DNA from: Octopus vulgaris
Lineage: Eukaryota
DNA: 64,000 nucleotides
Assembly (NCBI GenBank): GCA_951406725.2
Contig: OX597816.1
Coordinates: 70,990,001 to 71,054,000 of the forward strand
Direction of reading: 5' to 3'
In this document: positions 14,051 to 25,159 of the stretch, piece after piece
Layout: every line of letters starts with the position of its first letter
Position numbering within the stretch: the first letter of the stretch is position 1
Made by a program: the position numbers and the translations under genes
The notes under the pieces: model-generated
Told to the model about the DNA's origin: nothing
The model's input: the letters and a program-made list of their open reading frames with translations, nothing else
The model's database searches: none

Positions 14051-14230
14051 ACATATAGCCACTACACACATTTTTTTCTCTCCTTGTTTTTGTCTGTGTC
14101 CCTTTCTGTAGAAGAGCGTAGGCTCGAAACGTAAAAGACTTTTTCTATTCCTGAGCGTTATACTAATACATCTGTTTGTTTTGTACACCACCTGCCTTCG
14201 TCTTTTGTTTTTTTTTCGTAAACTCTCCCT
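13810..14230 (+). mobile_element. Tandem Penelope-like pLTR units (family H1), each with a hammerhead-like motif
   Basis: Two direct units 270 bp apart; motifs at 13833-13869 and 14102-14139. Confidence 0.7.
14102..14139 (+). ncRNA. Minimal type I hammerhead-like motif with A6U core variant
   Basis: cttt CTGTAGA A GAGC-GTAG-GCTC GAAAC GTA aaag: stem I cttt/aaag, stem II GAGC/GCTC, palindromic ACGT in stem III, GUA triplet. Confidence 0.55.
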
Positions 14231-14750
14231 ATAAATATGCATATATATACACAAACACACATAGACCACACACACTAATATATATATTAGGACAAGGGAG
14301 AATGCGAATTTAGAATACCACAGAAACACATCAATGATGGAAGTATGGTGCACCGTGTTAAGCTCTAAAAGAAAAACAACAAAAATACTAGGTTAATTGA
14401 CTAATCGTGACTATTATCGTTTAGTGCCAGGAACTCCTTTTTGTCCATCACTCTCTTTGATATTGATAATAAATGCATACACACATACACGCACGTATAA
14501 CTCACAATCATACGCCTAAATACAACTCACAAACACACACATACACATGTTGGTGTGCACATACGTTTGCATACACTAAGATTCATTCATATATATGCTT
14601 GCATTGAGAAAGAAGAGCACAAGGTAACCCACAAATTCATCTGCACTAACATATTCATATAAACGGTTGGGGCGCAGAAAGCTGTTTGTGTGTCTCTGTA
14701 TTAAGAGTGTGTATACAAATGTGTGCGTATTTGTGTGTCGATGTATGCAT

Positions 14751-15160
14751 AGGCGCAGGAGTGGCTGTGTGGTAAGTGGCTTGTTTACCAACCACATGCT
14801 TCGGGGTTCAGTCCCACTGCGTGGCACATTGGGCAAGTGTCTTCTACTATAGCCTCGGGCCGACCAAAGCCTTGTGAGTGGATTTGGTAGACGGAAACTG
14901 AAAAGAAGCCTGTCGTATATATGTGTATATATATATATATATGCATGTGTGTGTTTGTGTGTCTGTGTTTGTCTCCCTAGCATTGCTTGACAACCGATGC
15001 TGGTGTGTTTATGTCCCCGTTACTTAGCGGTTCGGCAAAAGAGACCGATAGAATAAGTACTGGGCTTGCAAAAGAATAAGTCCTGGGGTCGAGTTGCTCG
15101 ATTAAAGGCGGTGCTCCAGCATGGCCGCAGACAAATGACTGAAACAAGTAATAGAGTAAA
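14751..15160 (+). mobile_element. tRNA-derived SINE family A, full length, with internal (TA)n(TG)n
   Basis: A box TGGCTGTGTGG, B-box-like GGTTCAGTCCC, CORE-like TTGGGCAAG segment, tail gactgaaacaagta; many copies in the window. Confidence 0.9.
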
Positions 15161-15604
15161 AAAGGTAAAGAGAAAGAGAGTATATGTATAAGCAAGTGAG
15201 AAGGAGAGGAGCGAGAAAGAGCGAGAGAGAGAGAGCGAGGAGGAGCGCGGGAGAGAGTCTGTGTCGGTTTTTGTCTGTTTAAATGAAGAAAAGAAAAACA
15301 AATTACAAAACTAGCCATACCGAACCATCCCAGCAAAACCCAAGCAACAAATAACTGAATTAGAAACACAAATACTTAATAGAAACGACACATTTGTACA
15401 GGATTACATCTTAAACACAACATTCCGGATTAATTTGAAGCCTAATTGGTGAATCAGTAATTATTTCTGTAATTAACATAATGATAAACATGAAAATAAC
15501 CAAAGCTTCCCTCTATCATCGGTCATCAGATTATGTGATCTTTGTTTGATTTGCCTTGCAATGAAAACACATTCACTATGTGTGCGTGTGTGTGTGTGTG
15601 TGTG

Positions 15605-15754
15605 TCTGTGTGGTAAGTAGTTTGCTTACCAGTCACATGGTTCCGGGTTCACTCCCACTGCGTGGCACCTTGGGAAAGTGTCTTCTACTATAGACTCGGG
15701 CCGACCAAAGCCTTGTGAGTAGATTTGGTAGACGGAAACTGAAAGAAGCCCGTC

Positions 15755-15810
<56 letters not shown>

Positions 15811-16027
15811 TTGTGTGTGTTTGTATCTGCGTTTGTCTCCCCAACATCACTTGACAACCGATGCTGGTGTGTTTACGTCCCCGTAACTTAGCGGTTCGGC
15901 AAAAGAGACCGATAGAATAAGTACTAGGCTTACAAAGAATAAGTCCTGGGTGGGGGTCGATTTGCTCGACTAAAGGCGGTGCTCCAGCATGGCCACAGTA
16001 AAATGACTGAAACAAGTAAAAGAGTAA
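15605..16027 (+). mobile_element. SINE family A
   Basis: Near-identical to 14751-15160. Confidence 0.9.
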
Positions 16028-16047
16028 TACACACACATATATATATG

Positions 16048-16436
16048 TTCTTTTATTCTTTTATTTGTTTCAGTCATCTGAAGGCGACCATGCTGGAGCA
16101 CCGCCTTTAGCCGAAGAAATCGATTCCAGGACTTATTCTTTCTAAGCCTACTACTTATTCTGCTTTGTCGAACCGCTAGGTCACGGGGACGTAAGCACCA
16201 ACATCAGTTGCCAAGCACATCTATATATACGACGGTCTCCTTCCTGTTTCCCTCTACCAAATCCACTCACAAAGTTTTGGTCGGCCCGAGACTATAGTAG
16301 GAAACACTGGCCGAAGGTGCCACGTAGCGGGACTGAACCATGTGGTTGCGAAGCAAGCTTATTACCACACAGCCATGCTTATTACCACACAGCCAAGCTT
16401 ATTACCACACAGCCAAGCTTATTACCACACAGCCAC
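16048..16436 (-). mobile_element. SINE family A (inverted; head segment repeated 4x20 bp)
   Basis: Reverse complement of family A; gcttattaccacacagcca x4 at ~16357-16434. Confidence 0.85.
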
Positions 16437-16440
16437 ACGT

Positions 16441-16588
<148 letters not shown>

Positions 16589-16730
16589 ATCCTTTCTTTT
16601 ATAAGCACAAGACACTTATTTTATCGACACAGAAAAAAATGAAAGGCAAATTTGAACTCAGATTCTAAAGATGGGCGTAATACCGCTAAGCATTTTGCCC
16701 GGTGTACTAAGGATTCTTCCTACTTACTGC

Positions 16731-16811
<81 letters not shown>

Positions 16812-16814
<3 letters not shown>

Positions 16815-17225
16815 CGTTCAAAATAACTTTTCCTTTCGTCTCGACTTCACAAGCCCTTACCGTTTGTTTTTACTGTGTTATTCACCTTGCCCTGTCTTTT
16901 ACTGTTTTTATTTGTATTGTTTTTACTGTCTTGTTTTGCTTTTACTGTGCTGTTCTTGTTACTACTTTTGCCCCTCCGCAAAAAAATCCCAAATTTTATT
17001 TAATTTGCCTTGCGGGAAGGACTGTTTCAACGAAGTCGCGAAACACGGAGTAGTCGAAGCAGGGGCAGCTGAAGTAGGGGAATATTCCTTGTGTTGTATG
17101 TCTTGTACTCTGTTTCTTCGTTGTTTGAAAAAAGTCCGTTTCCATGGTTTTGCTTTTATGTTTTTATGCTTTCGCTTCTCATTGTATTCTACGGTTTTTT
17201 TTTTTTTTGGTGTCCTATACCCATA
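16812..17225 (+). mobile_element. (TA)n-embedded dispersed repeat, probably a Penelope-like terminal remnant
   Basis: 17050-17225 is homologous to 28805-28960 (gtcgaa..agg..cagctga...gtactctgttt..tcgttgttt.aaaaa.gtccgtttcc). Confidence 0.5.
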
Positions 17226-17499
17226 TATGCATGTATATATACATATAGATGTAGGTATGTACATATATGTATGTATATATGCATATGTTTTATTTATTAT
17301 TTTGTTATATATATATACATACATACATATATATATATATTTAAGTAGGTGAATGAATTATCCTATGTTTATCGTCAGCATGGAAAATTCGTTTAACCGA
17401 AACCTAGGTAGCAAATTCACGTCAGAAACACGGTTGAAGCGACCTGTCAAGGGTAGAAACTCCGGGTTCATGTGCAGAAATTTGTGTGTTGTATATGAA

Positions 17500-17703
17500 T
17501 AAATGAAAGAATGGAGTCGAACGAAGATGTTAACAAAATTCCTTTACTCTCGACATATGTTTCGAAGACAGCATGTTTTCATTCCTGATGAGAAGATTGC
17601 ATAATATACCCTTTATTCCTTTGGAATGAAAACATGCTGTCTTCGAAACATATGTCGAGAGTAAAGGAATTTTGTTAACATCTTCGTTCGACTCTATTCT
17701 TTC

Positions 17704-17708
<5 letters not shown>
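17500..17708. repeat. 86-bp inverted repeat (17500-17585 / 17623-17708), Penelope-like inverted terminus
   Basis: Arms are reverse complements with about one mismatch. Confidence 0.9.
17582..17659 (+). ncRNA. Type I hammerhead ribozyme motif, canonical core
   Basis: CTGATGA (17585-17591); stem II GAAGAttGCAT...ATGCtgTCTTC; GAAAC-ATAT-GTC with palindromic loop; stem I only 3 bp (ttc/gag). Confidence 0.65.
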
Positions 17709-17766
<58 letters not shown>

Positions 17767-18056
17767 TATATTTGTAATGAAGTCAAACCAAATAGTGATA
17801 TTTTGAAATCATTTAAATACGTATGTTTCAGGTGTGCGTAATATATGACAGGAAATGCAACCAGTACTTAGTGGTTGCATTTCCTATTATATGTCACGCG
17901 AACCTGGGTACAACTTGTACGACTCGGTCCACGCTCCGCTTAAGTGGATACTAGAACAAAGATTTGGAGTAGTTTGTTATATTTGACTCGAGTCGAAAAT
18001 TCTAGTACCATACACCTCTTCTTATGTAACATGGCACATACATATACATACATACA

Positions 18057-18088
<32 letters not shown>

Positions 18089-18818
18089 CATACATATACA
18101 TACATACATTACATACATATACATACATATACATACATACATTACATACATAACATACATACATATATACATGCATACATGCATACATACATACATACAT
18201 AATACATACATACATACATACATACATACATACATACATACATACATACATACATACATACATACATACATACATACGGCGAAAACGAAAATATCTAAGC
18301 TGAACTATGGAGGAATCTACAGCTGCTCTATCGAGATTACAAGTTCAGATTTATATATAGCACTCTGCCTAAAACCAATCTTGAGAAATTAGGCTTCTCA
18401 AAAGCAAAAAGGGGAAAGCTGATTAAAAGACTACAGATCCAAGCCATCATCGGCACTGTAATATTCTACAAAACTTTATAGAAGTTTATCATTTAAGTAT
18501 ATATGAGCATATCTAGACATGCAACTATATGCACCAAAATACAGACATAAAACAAACCATACAAATATGCATATATTCATGCATGCCTACATACATGCAT
18601 AGAAAAATACCCTGTTGATGTTGTTGAAATTCTAATGAAGGAGACTTGGATCTTGGATAGAAACCGGCTCTTCTTCTATTGGCAAGATATTTAGAAAATA
18701 AAACTGAATAATTAAATAAATATAATTACACACTCACACATATACAAACATAGTAGCCTACAATAACTTTCTGGCCAGGGTCATAAAGCGCATGGTTAAT
18801 TCTGCTTGCAATAACTTC

Positions 18819-18854
<36 letters not shown>

Positions 18855-19275
18855 AGTACTGACACGTGTGTGTTTGTATATATAGACGCATGCGCGTATA
18901 TGCATATATGTGTGTGCATGTGTATGCGTGTGTGCGTGTGTGCGCGCGCGAGTGCATATGTACTTACCCATTCACTGGCAGCCATATTGGAGTACTTCGC
19001 ATTACCTTCGAGGATTTGTTCAATCATATCGATTCTAGTCCTAATTTCGATGTGATATCTATTTTATTGATCTGTGTTTCTCGAAAGCTAAGTTACGGGA
19101 CATAAAAAGACAAAATATAAAGAATACCTGTCTTAAGATCGATGTAAAAAGAAACACACACTTGCGCTCACACCCACAGAAACACACACATATGTGTGAG
19201 TGTGTATGTGTGTGTGTGTATATGCATGCATGTGTATATGTATGAACATATGCATCCATCAAACCGTACATACAT

Positions 19276-19440
19276 AGGCACAGGAGTTGCTGTGTGGTAA
19301 GTAGCTTGCTTACCAACCACATGGTTCCAGGTTCAGTACCACTGCGTGGTACATTGGGCAAGTGTCTTCTACTATAGCCTCGGGCCGACCAAAGCCTTGT
19401 GAGTGGATTTGGTAGATGGAAGCTAAAAGAAGCCTGTCGT
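19276..19440 (+). mobile_element. SINE family A, 5' half
   Basis: Matches the head of 14751. Confidence 0.85.
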
Positions 19441-19453
19441 ATATATATATATA

Positions 19454-19513
<60 letters not shown>

Positions 19514-19534
19514 TGTGTGTTGTGTGTGTGTATT

Positions 19535-20219
19535 TGCTTTTTGGAAACGCTACACTGGATAGAGAAGTAAGTAATTAAACACTTTAATCTCGAAACGCGT
19601 CTGTGGCTAATCGGAGTCGTGTTGATGCATTGTTTTTCTCTTTGCCTACGTAAAAAAGTGTGTTACTGTCAGTGAGATTCTTATGGTAGTAGAAAAGGAA
19701 TTTTTAACTCTTATTTCTAAATTTGGTATGTGGTGAAGCAATTAGCTGGCCCCTAATTATAATTATGTTTATAATTATAGAATATTTATATAATTTTACC
19801 TATAAAGGTTATTTTAACGTACCGATCTACTTAGTAAAATAATTAATTAATTGATTGATTAATTAATTTAATTAATCAATTTTACCCTTTTATTATTGAT
19901 TTGAAATTATGATTTACTCCATGAAAGAATGCAGCAGTTTTCTGCGGTACTGCTCGTTGCATACACGTGGGTACAAGGGATAAATAGTGTATTCACATTC
20001 GGCTGTGTAAATTTTGGAAGTGTTGGTCGGATATCTGTTGCACGATGTCGCTCGATCGTGTGCATATTTAACCATAGGCACTTTCAAATGTTTATTACTG
20101 TCGTGGAGATTCTTACAGTAGTAGAAAAGGAATTTTTAACTCCTATTTCTAAATTCGATATGTGGTGAAGCAATTAGCTGACCCCTAATTATAATTACGT
20201 TTATAATTATAGAATATTT
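19535..20219 (+). mobile_element. Penelope-like pLTR remnant with ~125-bp direct repeat and decayed hammerhead (19549-19607)
   Basis: Direct repeats ~19663-19787 and ~20095-20219; gctaca CTGGATA GAGA..TCTC GAAAC GC GTC tgtggc (6-bp stem I, mutated core). Confidence 0.6.
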
Positions 20220-20222
20220 GTG

Positions 20223-20271
<49 letters not shown>

Positions 20272-20344
20272 TTACTATCAATGCATAAGTATATGCATGC
20301 TAGTGAGAGGTAGAGGATTGTGTGTGTGTGTGTATGTATATATA

Positions 20345-20960
20345 TATATATATACATGCATATATGGGTACAGGGCATCACCAACGGTGCAAATAACATG
20401 GAATACGTAAACAACGAGAAAAAATGGAACACAGGACAAGTAAGCACAGAGAAAGGACCCTTCATCTGTTGTCGGCTGTCTATCTGCTCCCCATTTCGAG
20501 CATTCAACGACACTATAAGTCTTCAAAGACAGTTGCTCCCATAAATTCTAAAATAAAATTTAAGATTTCGGGAGGGTCAAAGTTGGGAACAAGAACATGA
20601 CAGTGGAGACATTCAAGGTAGCCGAACGAAAACAAGCATGGAGTGTCGTTAGACCAGAACGAGATGAAAATAGTGAACGCTGAGAGAAACATTTTTTGAG
20701 AAGAGAAAAGATAGAAGAGAAAGTGAAAAAAACACGAACGCTCTTTTGAACGTCCATGCAGGAAAAGAAAGATGGTCAGGTGAGGAAAAGAAAGATGCAC
20801 GATGGTCACGTGCGAACAACGAGAGAGAAAGAGAAAGTGGGAGAGACAGACAGACAGACAGATAGAAAACGGTGAAGGTGGAGAAAAAGGGAATTAGAGA
20901 AGGAATGAGGAAGAAAACAGTATAGAGAGTCGCAGCAAAATAGTGAAGATAAACTTACTT
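20345..20960 (-). mobile_element. (TA)n-embedded dispersed repeat (Penelope-like remnant)
   Basis: 20365-20490 is similar to 53110-53260 (gacccttcatc.gttgt.ggctgt). Confidence 0.45.
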
Positions 20961-20969
20961 GGTATATAC

Positions 20970-21051
<82 letters not shown>

Positions 21052-21059
21052 ATATATAA

Positions 21060-21260
21060 TTATCCCCCTCAAAAAACAAATAACGAAGGAAAAACACAAG
21101 AAAAAACAACAGCGCGAGGACGTGGTACATGCAAAGTATTAGCAGACGCTCCAGGAAGGAAAGAAAGCTCTTCTTCAGAAACAGGAAACAGAGGAAAGTC
21201 AAAGAGAAAAAGATGACGGAGTAAAAAAACCGCCAACGATCCCCATCGTTGCACTTTGAA
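21060..21260 (-). mobile_element. Penelope-like remnant related to H1, retaining the 5' half of a canonical hammerhead
   Basis: Minus strand gtttCTGAAGAAGAGC at ~21167-21182; homologous to 61980-62140. Confidence 0.5.
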
Positions 21261-21339
21261 ATGTATGTATATTTATATATGTATATCTCCCTCTTTCCCT
21301 CTCTCACTTTCTTGTTTTCTCTCTCTTTCTCTCTCTCTT

Positions 21340-21506
21340 AACAGCATTTCGTCTATCTTTACGATCTTGAGTTCAAATTCCGCCGAGGTCGACTTTGCCA
21401 TTTATCCATAGGGGTCGATAAATCAAGTACCAGTGAAACACCGGGGTCGATTTAATCGACTAGTCCACTCCCATAAATTTCAGGCCTTGTGCCTATAGTA
21501 GACAAG

Positions 21507-21568
<62 letters not shown>

Positions 21569-21604
21569 AAAAATAAAAAGAAGTAATTATTAAATATAAA
21601 AAGA

Positions 21605-21660
<56 letters not shown>
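21340..21660 (+). mobile_element. SINE family M (Meta-domain-like) with (ATT)n tail
   Basis: GAGTTCAAATTCC B box, gtcgactttgcc..tt.atcc...ggggtcgataaa..aagtaccag core, tail ggccttgtgcctatagtaga(att)n. Confidence 0.8.
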
Positions 21661-21662
<2 letters not shown>

Positions 21663-22211
21663 GTTTTCAATTACATGGAAGAAAATAATTACCGTCTAAT
21701 CAATATATTTAACTAACTTACTCCAACACTAATCTGTTAAATGTCCGCACTTTGTTAACAGAATAACCTTGAACAACAGTTCAGTTTTCTTCTTGATTTT
21801 TATATTTGTTTTCATACGATAGCTTTATTAGTTTTCTTTCCAAAATAAATATATTTTTTACATTTTAACTTTTGTTTATCGACAAACTTTCTCTTGTCCT
21901 AACGTGTATGTACAACAGCTGTCCAACATAACACTTACATACAGTAAGAGAAAAAAAATATGAGAAGAAAGGTGTAGTTGCAAGGGAGGCGGGGGAGGTG
22001 TGACTTGAGATGAACTGGGGGGTGAGATGGGTGTCTCTTTGCAGGGGTGGAGCGTTTTGTGGTCGGTGAGATAGATGGGTGATGACGAGAGGAGCAGGAG
22101 GAGAAAGGGTTTCGAGAGAAACGAACAATTAAATGAAAAAATTTTAGAGCTTAAGCGAATAGAAGAGCCAATACGAAGTCTCCTGAAATTAGATATAGCA
22201 GAATAGTCACA

Positions 22212-22261
<50 letters not shown>

Positions 22262-22280
22262 ATAATAATAATAATAATAA

Positions 22281-22836
22281 GTGCCCTGATGCAGTACCAG
22301 GCAGTGGCTCTCATGGCTTCTGATCTTAACTGATTGCAAGTGTTATCATGTACATTGTTTTATCTTGGTATAAAAGATGGGCTACAGCAAATATTCTGCT
22401 CAATACCACAGATTTGCTTGTCAGTTGTTTGACCTTAACCAGTTGAGCATGTCCCTTAGTGGCTGACGATATGTGCATCTCTGATCACGAGCAGAAGTAG
22501 TGGGGGAGCATCATAGCCATGTGTTGAGAGGGATTCTTTGGGGTTTGAATAGTTCACCTTTGGAAACATGGGTGGTTCTTTCAACATCCTTAAACAACCC
22601 TTATTCAGGGACCTTTTGAGCGGGATGGGCTACTCAACCTGAAGAAAATTCTAACTGGGCCCCACCTGCAAGGTCATGCGCTGTTTATCTTGATATGAGA
22701 TCACCATGTCGCGCACATATGGTTGTGATGCATGTGCCTGGTGTACCCTTATCAGACGGGTAGTCATGATGGGTATATTTGGCTTCGTATATTTTACCCC
22801 AGTGTCACTTTGATGGCATGAACTGCTCTCTCACTC
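22281..22836. mobile_element. ~555-bp non-coding interspersed element embedded in (TAA)n, copy 1
   Basis: Closely similar to 58595-59110; both start at tgc(c/t)ctgatgcagtacc right after (TAA)n; no meaningful ORF. Confidence 0.8.
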
Positions 22837-22879
22837 AATAATAATAATAATAATAATAATGATGATGATGATTATAATA

Positions 22880-23570
22880 ACGGGGAAGATGAGTATGAAA
22901 AAATGTGGAACTTGGAACGAGACAGTGGTACATACTGTTACAGAATGTCCCAAGCTGGCACAAGAAGAATATAAGGAATGGAGGTATGTCCAAGTTGTAA
23001 AAGTTTTACACGGGAAGCTTTGCCAGAAATGGGGATTTGAAGCTGGAGATATATTGTAAGAACATCGGGTCGAAAGAGTGATGGAATCGGAGAATTCTAA
23101 GATATTGTGAGACTTTCCTATTCAAACGGACAAGAAGCTAGAAAATAATATGGCAGACATAACACTGATAGACAAAGGAAAGTGAAGTTGCTTATTAATC
23201 GATCCATCATGTCCGTTTTATTCCAGGGCCGTAAAGAAAGAAGACGAAAAATAAAAGATATAAACCCCCTAAAATTTGAAATTGCAAGAATTTGGGATAG
23301 GAAAAGTGTAAAGGCTGTGCCAATAATAATTGGTACATTGAGAACTGTAAGCAAAGATGTAGACAAATGGTTGAAGGAGATTGGAATAGAATGTCCTATA
23401 GAGCTTCTACAGAAAATTTACCCTCTTAGGGACAGAATGGATTTTCAGGAGTGTTCAAAAGCACTAGAAAGACTATTGCAAGTTAATGGATACCTAAGGT
23501 TACAGGTAGTAACCTGCTACCCACATAAATCCTGCCAGGAATAATACAGAACCTAAGTCAAGTAAAGAAT
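22880..23570 (+). mobile_element. R4/Dong-clade retrotransposon 3' fragment (CCHC + RLE), family 2
   Basis: CGTWNETVVHTVTECPKLAQEEY; KFEIARIWDRKSVKAVPIIIGTLRTV...IELLQK; starts and ends in TAA repeats. Confidence 0.85.
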
Positions 23571-23581
23571 AATAATAACAA

Positions 23582-23970
23582 TCCTTTCTAATATAAGCGC
23601 ACTGAGATGGGCGACGATTACATCAACATGAGTGCTTAAATGGTCTTTATCTTATCGACCCAGATAGGATGAAAGGCAAAGTCAACCTCAGCAGAATTTG
23701 AACTCAGAACATACAGCCAGAAATGTTCTTTAGCATTTTGTCCAATGCACTAACGATTCTGCCAGTACATAGCCTTAATTAATGAAATGATTTATAAATT
23801 GATAATGATCCTTTCTACTATAGTCATAAAGTCTGAAATTTTTGTCGCAGAGTTGGGGTGTTAGTCGATTACATCGACCACAGTGTTCAATTGGTACTTA
23901 TTTTATCGATCACGAAAAAATAAAAAGCAAAGTCAGTCTCAGCGGAATTTGAACTTAGAACGTAAAGACA
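23582..23970 (-). mobile_element. Two decayed SINE family M copies
   Basis: ggatgaaaggcaaagtcaacctc..gaatttgaactcagaac and a second similar unit at ~23810-23970. Confidence 0.7.
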
Positions 23971-23971
23971 A

Positions 23972-24917
23972 TGGGACCTACATACACTGGAAGCTATGCC
24001 AACACTATGGAATAACAACAGAAAAAAGATGGTAGAACAGCAACGGACCATGATAAAACGATGGCAAGAAAAGCCCCTTCATGGCAAATACTGGACTAAG
24101 CTAAATGCAGAAGAAATAGACAAAGAAATATACCAGCAATGGTTGAGAAGCTCAGAACTCAAAGCAGAGACGGAGGGATTTTTAATTGCAGCACAAGACC
24201 AAAGCCTCCACACCAGAAATTACCAAAAACATGTAATGAAAAGAAATATAACTGCAGAATATGTTGAGATGGACAAGAAACAATAAATCATATTATCTCT
24301 AGCTGCCCAGTCCTGTCTAAGAAGGAATATATTCACAGACACGACAGAGTTGGGACCTACATACACTGGAAGTTATGCCAACACTATGGAATAACAACAG
24401 AAAAAGATGGTATAAGCACACCTCAGAAAAGGTCACAGAAAACGAGAAAGCAACCATACTCTGGGATATGCCAATACTCACGGATAGAGAAATTAAGGCC
24501 AATAGGCCAGATATAGTTATCAGAGATCATGAAGAAAAACATGCTTTCTAATCAATGTATCAATACCAACAGATGGCAATGTTTCTATAAAGGAAATAGA
24601 GAAACTTTCAAAATACAAAGACTTGGAAGTAAAGGTAACTCGAACGTGGAGTCTAAACACAGAAACAATTCCTATCCTAGTAGGCGCATTAGGTATGATA
24701 AAGAAATATTCAGACAAATTCATAACAAAAACACCAGGACTTACAAACACATATAACATACAGAAAATTGCACTACTGGGCACTGTACACATCCTACGCA
24801 AAACATTTTCAATACAGTAACCATAAGAGCATCACAGCAAACCACAGCACATATCCAAGGCACACAGGGCTGCGCTCGGTAGTGAAGTGAAAGCACGCTA
24901 TAAAAATAAAACTACTA

Positions 24918-24918
<1 letters not shown>
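23972..24918 (+). mobile_element. R4/Dong-clade retrotransposon 3' fragment (CCHC + RLE), family 1
   Basis: WQEKPLHGKY...WLRSSELKAETEGFLIAAQDQSL; ETINHIISSCPVL..EYIHRHDRV; NRPDIV; TIPILVGALGMI...IQKIALLGTVHILRK; followed by (TAA)n. Confidence 0.9.
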
Positions 24919-24967
<49 letters not shown>

Positions 24968-24968
<1 letters not shown>

Positions 24969-25130
24969 CCTTTCTACAATAAGCACAAGGCCTGAAATTT
25001 GGGAGGAGAGGACTAGTCGATTACATCGACCCTAGTGTTTCACTGGTACTTATTTTATTGATCCCGAAAGGATGAAAGGCCAAGTCAATTTCAGCAGAAT
25101 TTGAACTCAAAACGTAAAGACGGACAAAAT
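24968..25130 (-). mobile_element. SINE family M; its tail is the (TAA)n tract at 24918-24967
   Basis: Reverse complement of 21340-21510. Confidence 0.8.
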
Positions 25131-25159
25131 AACAACAACAACAATAATAATAATAAGCT

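Noticed and set aside
18630-18672. Hammerhead-like CTAATGA..GAAACCGGCTC
   Set aside because: Core, stem II and cleavage triplet are all defective; too degenerate to call
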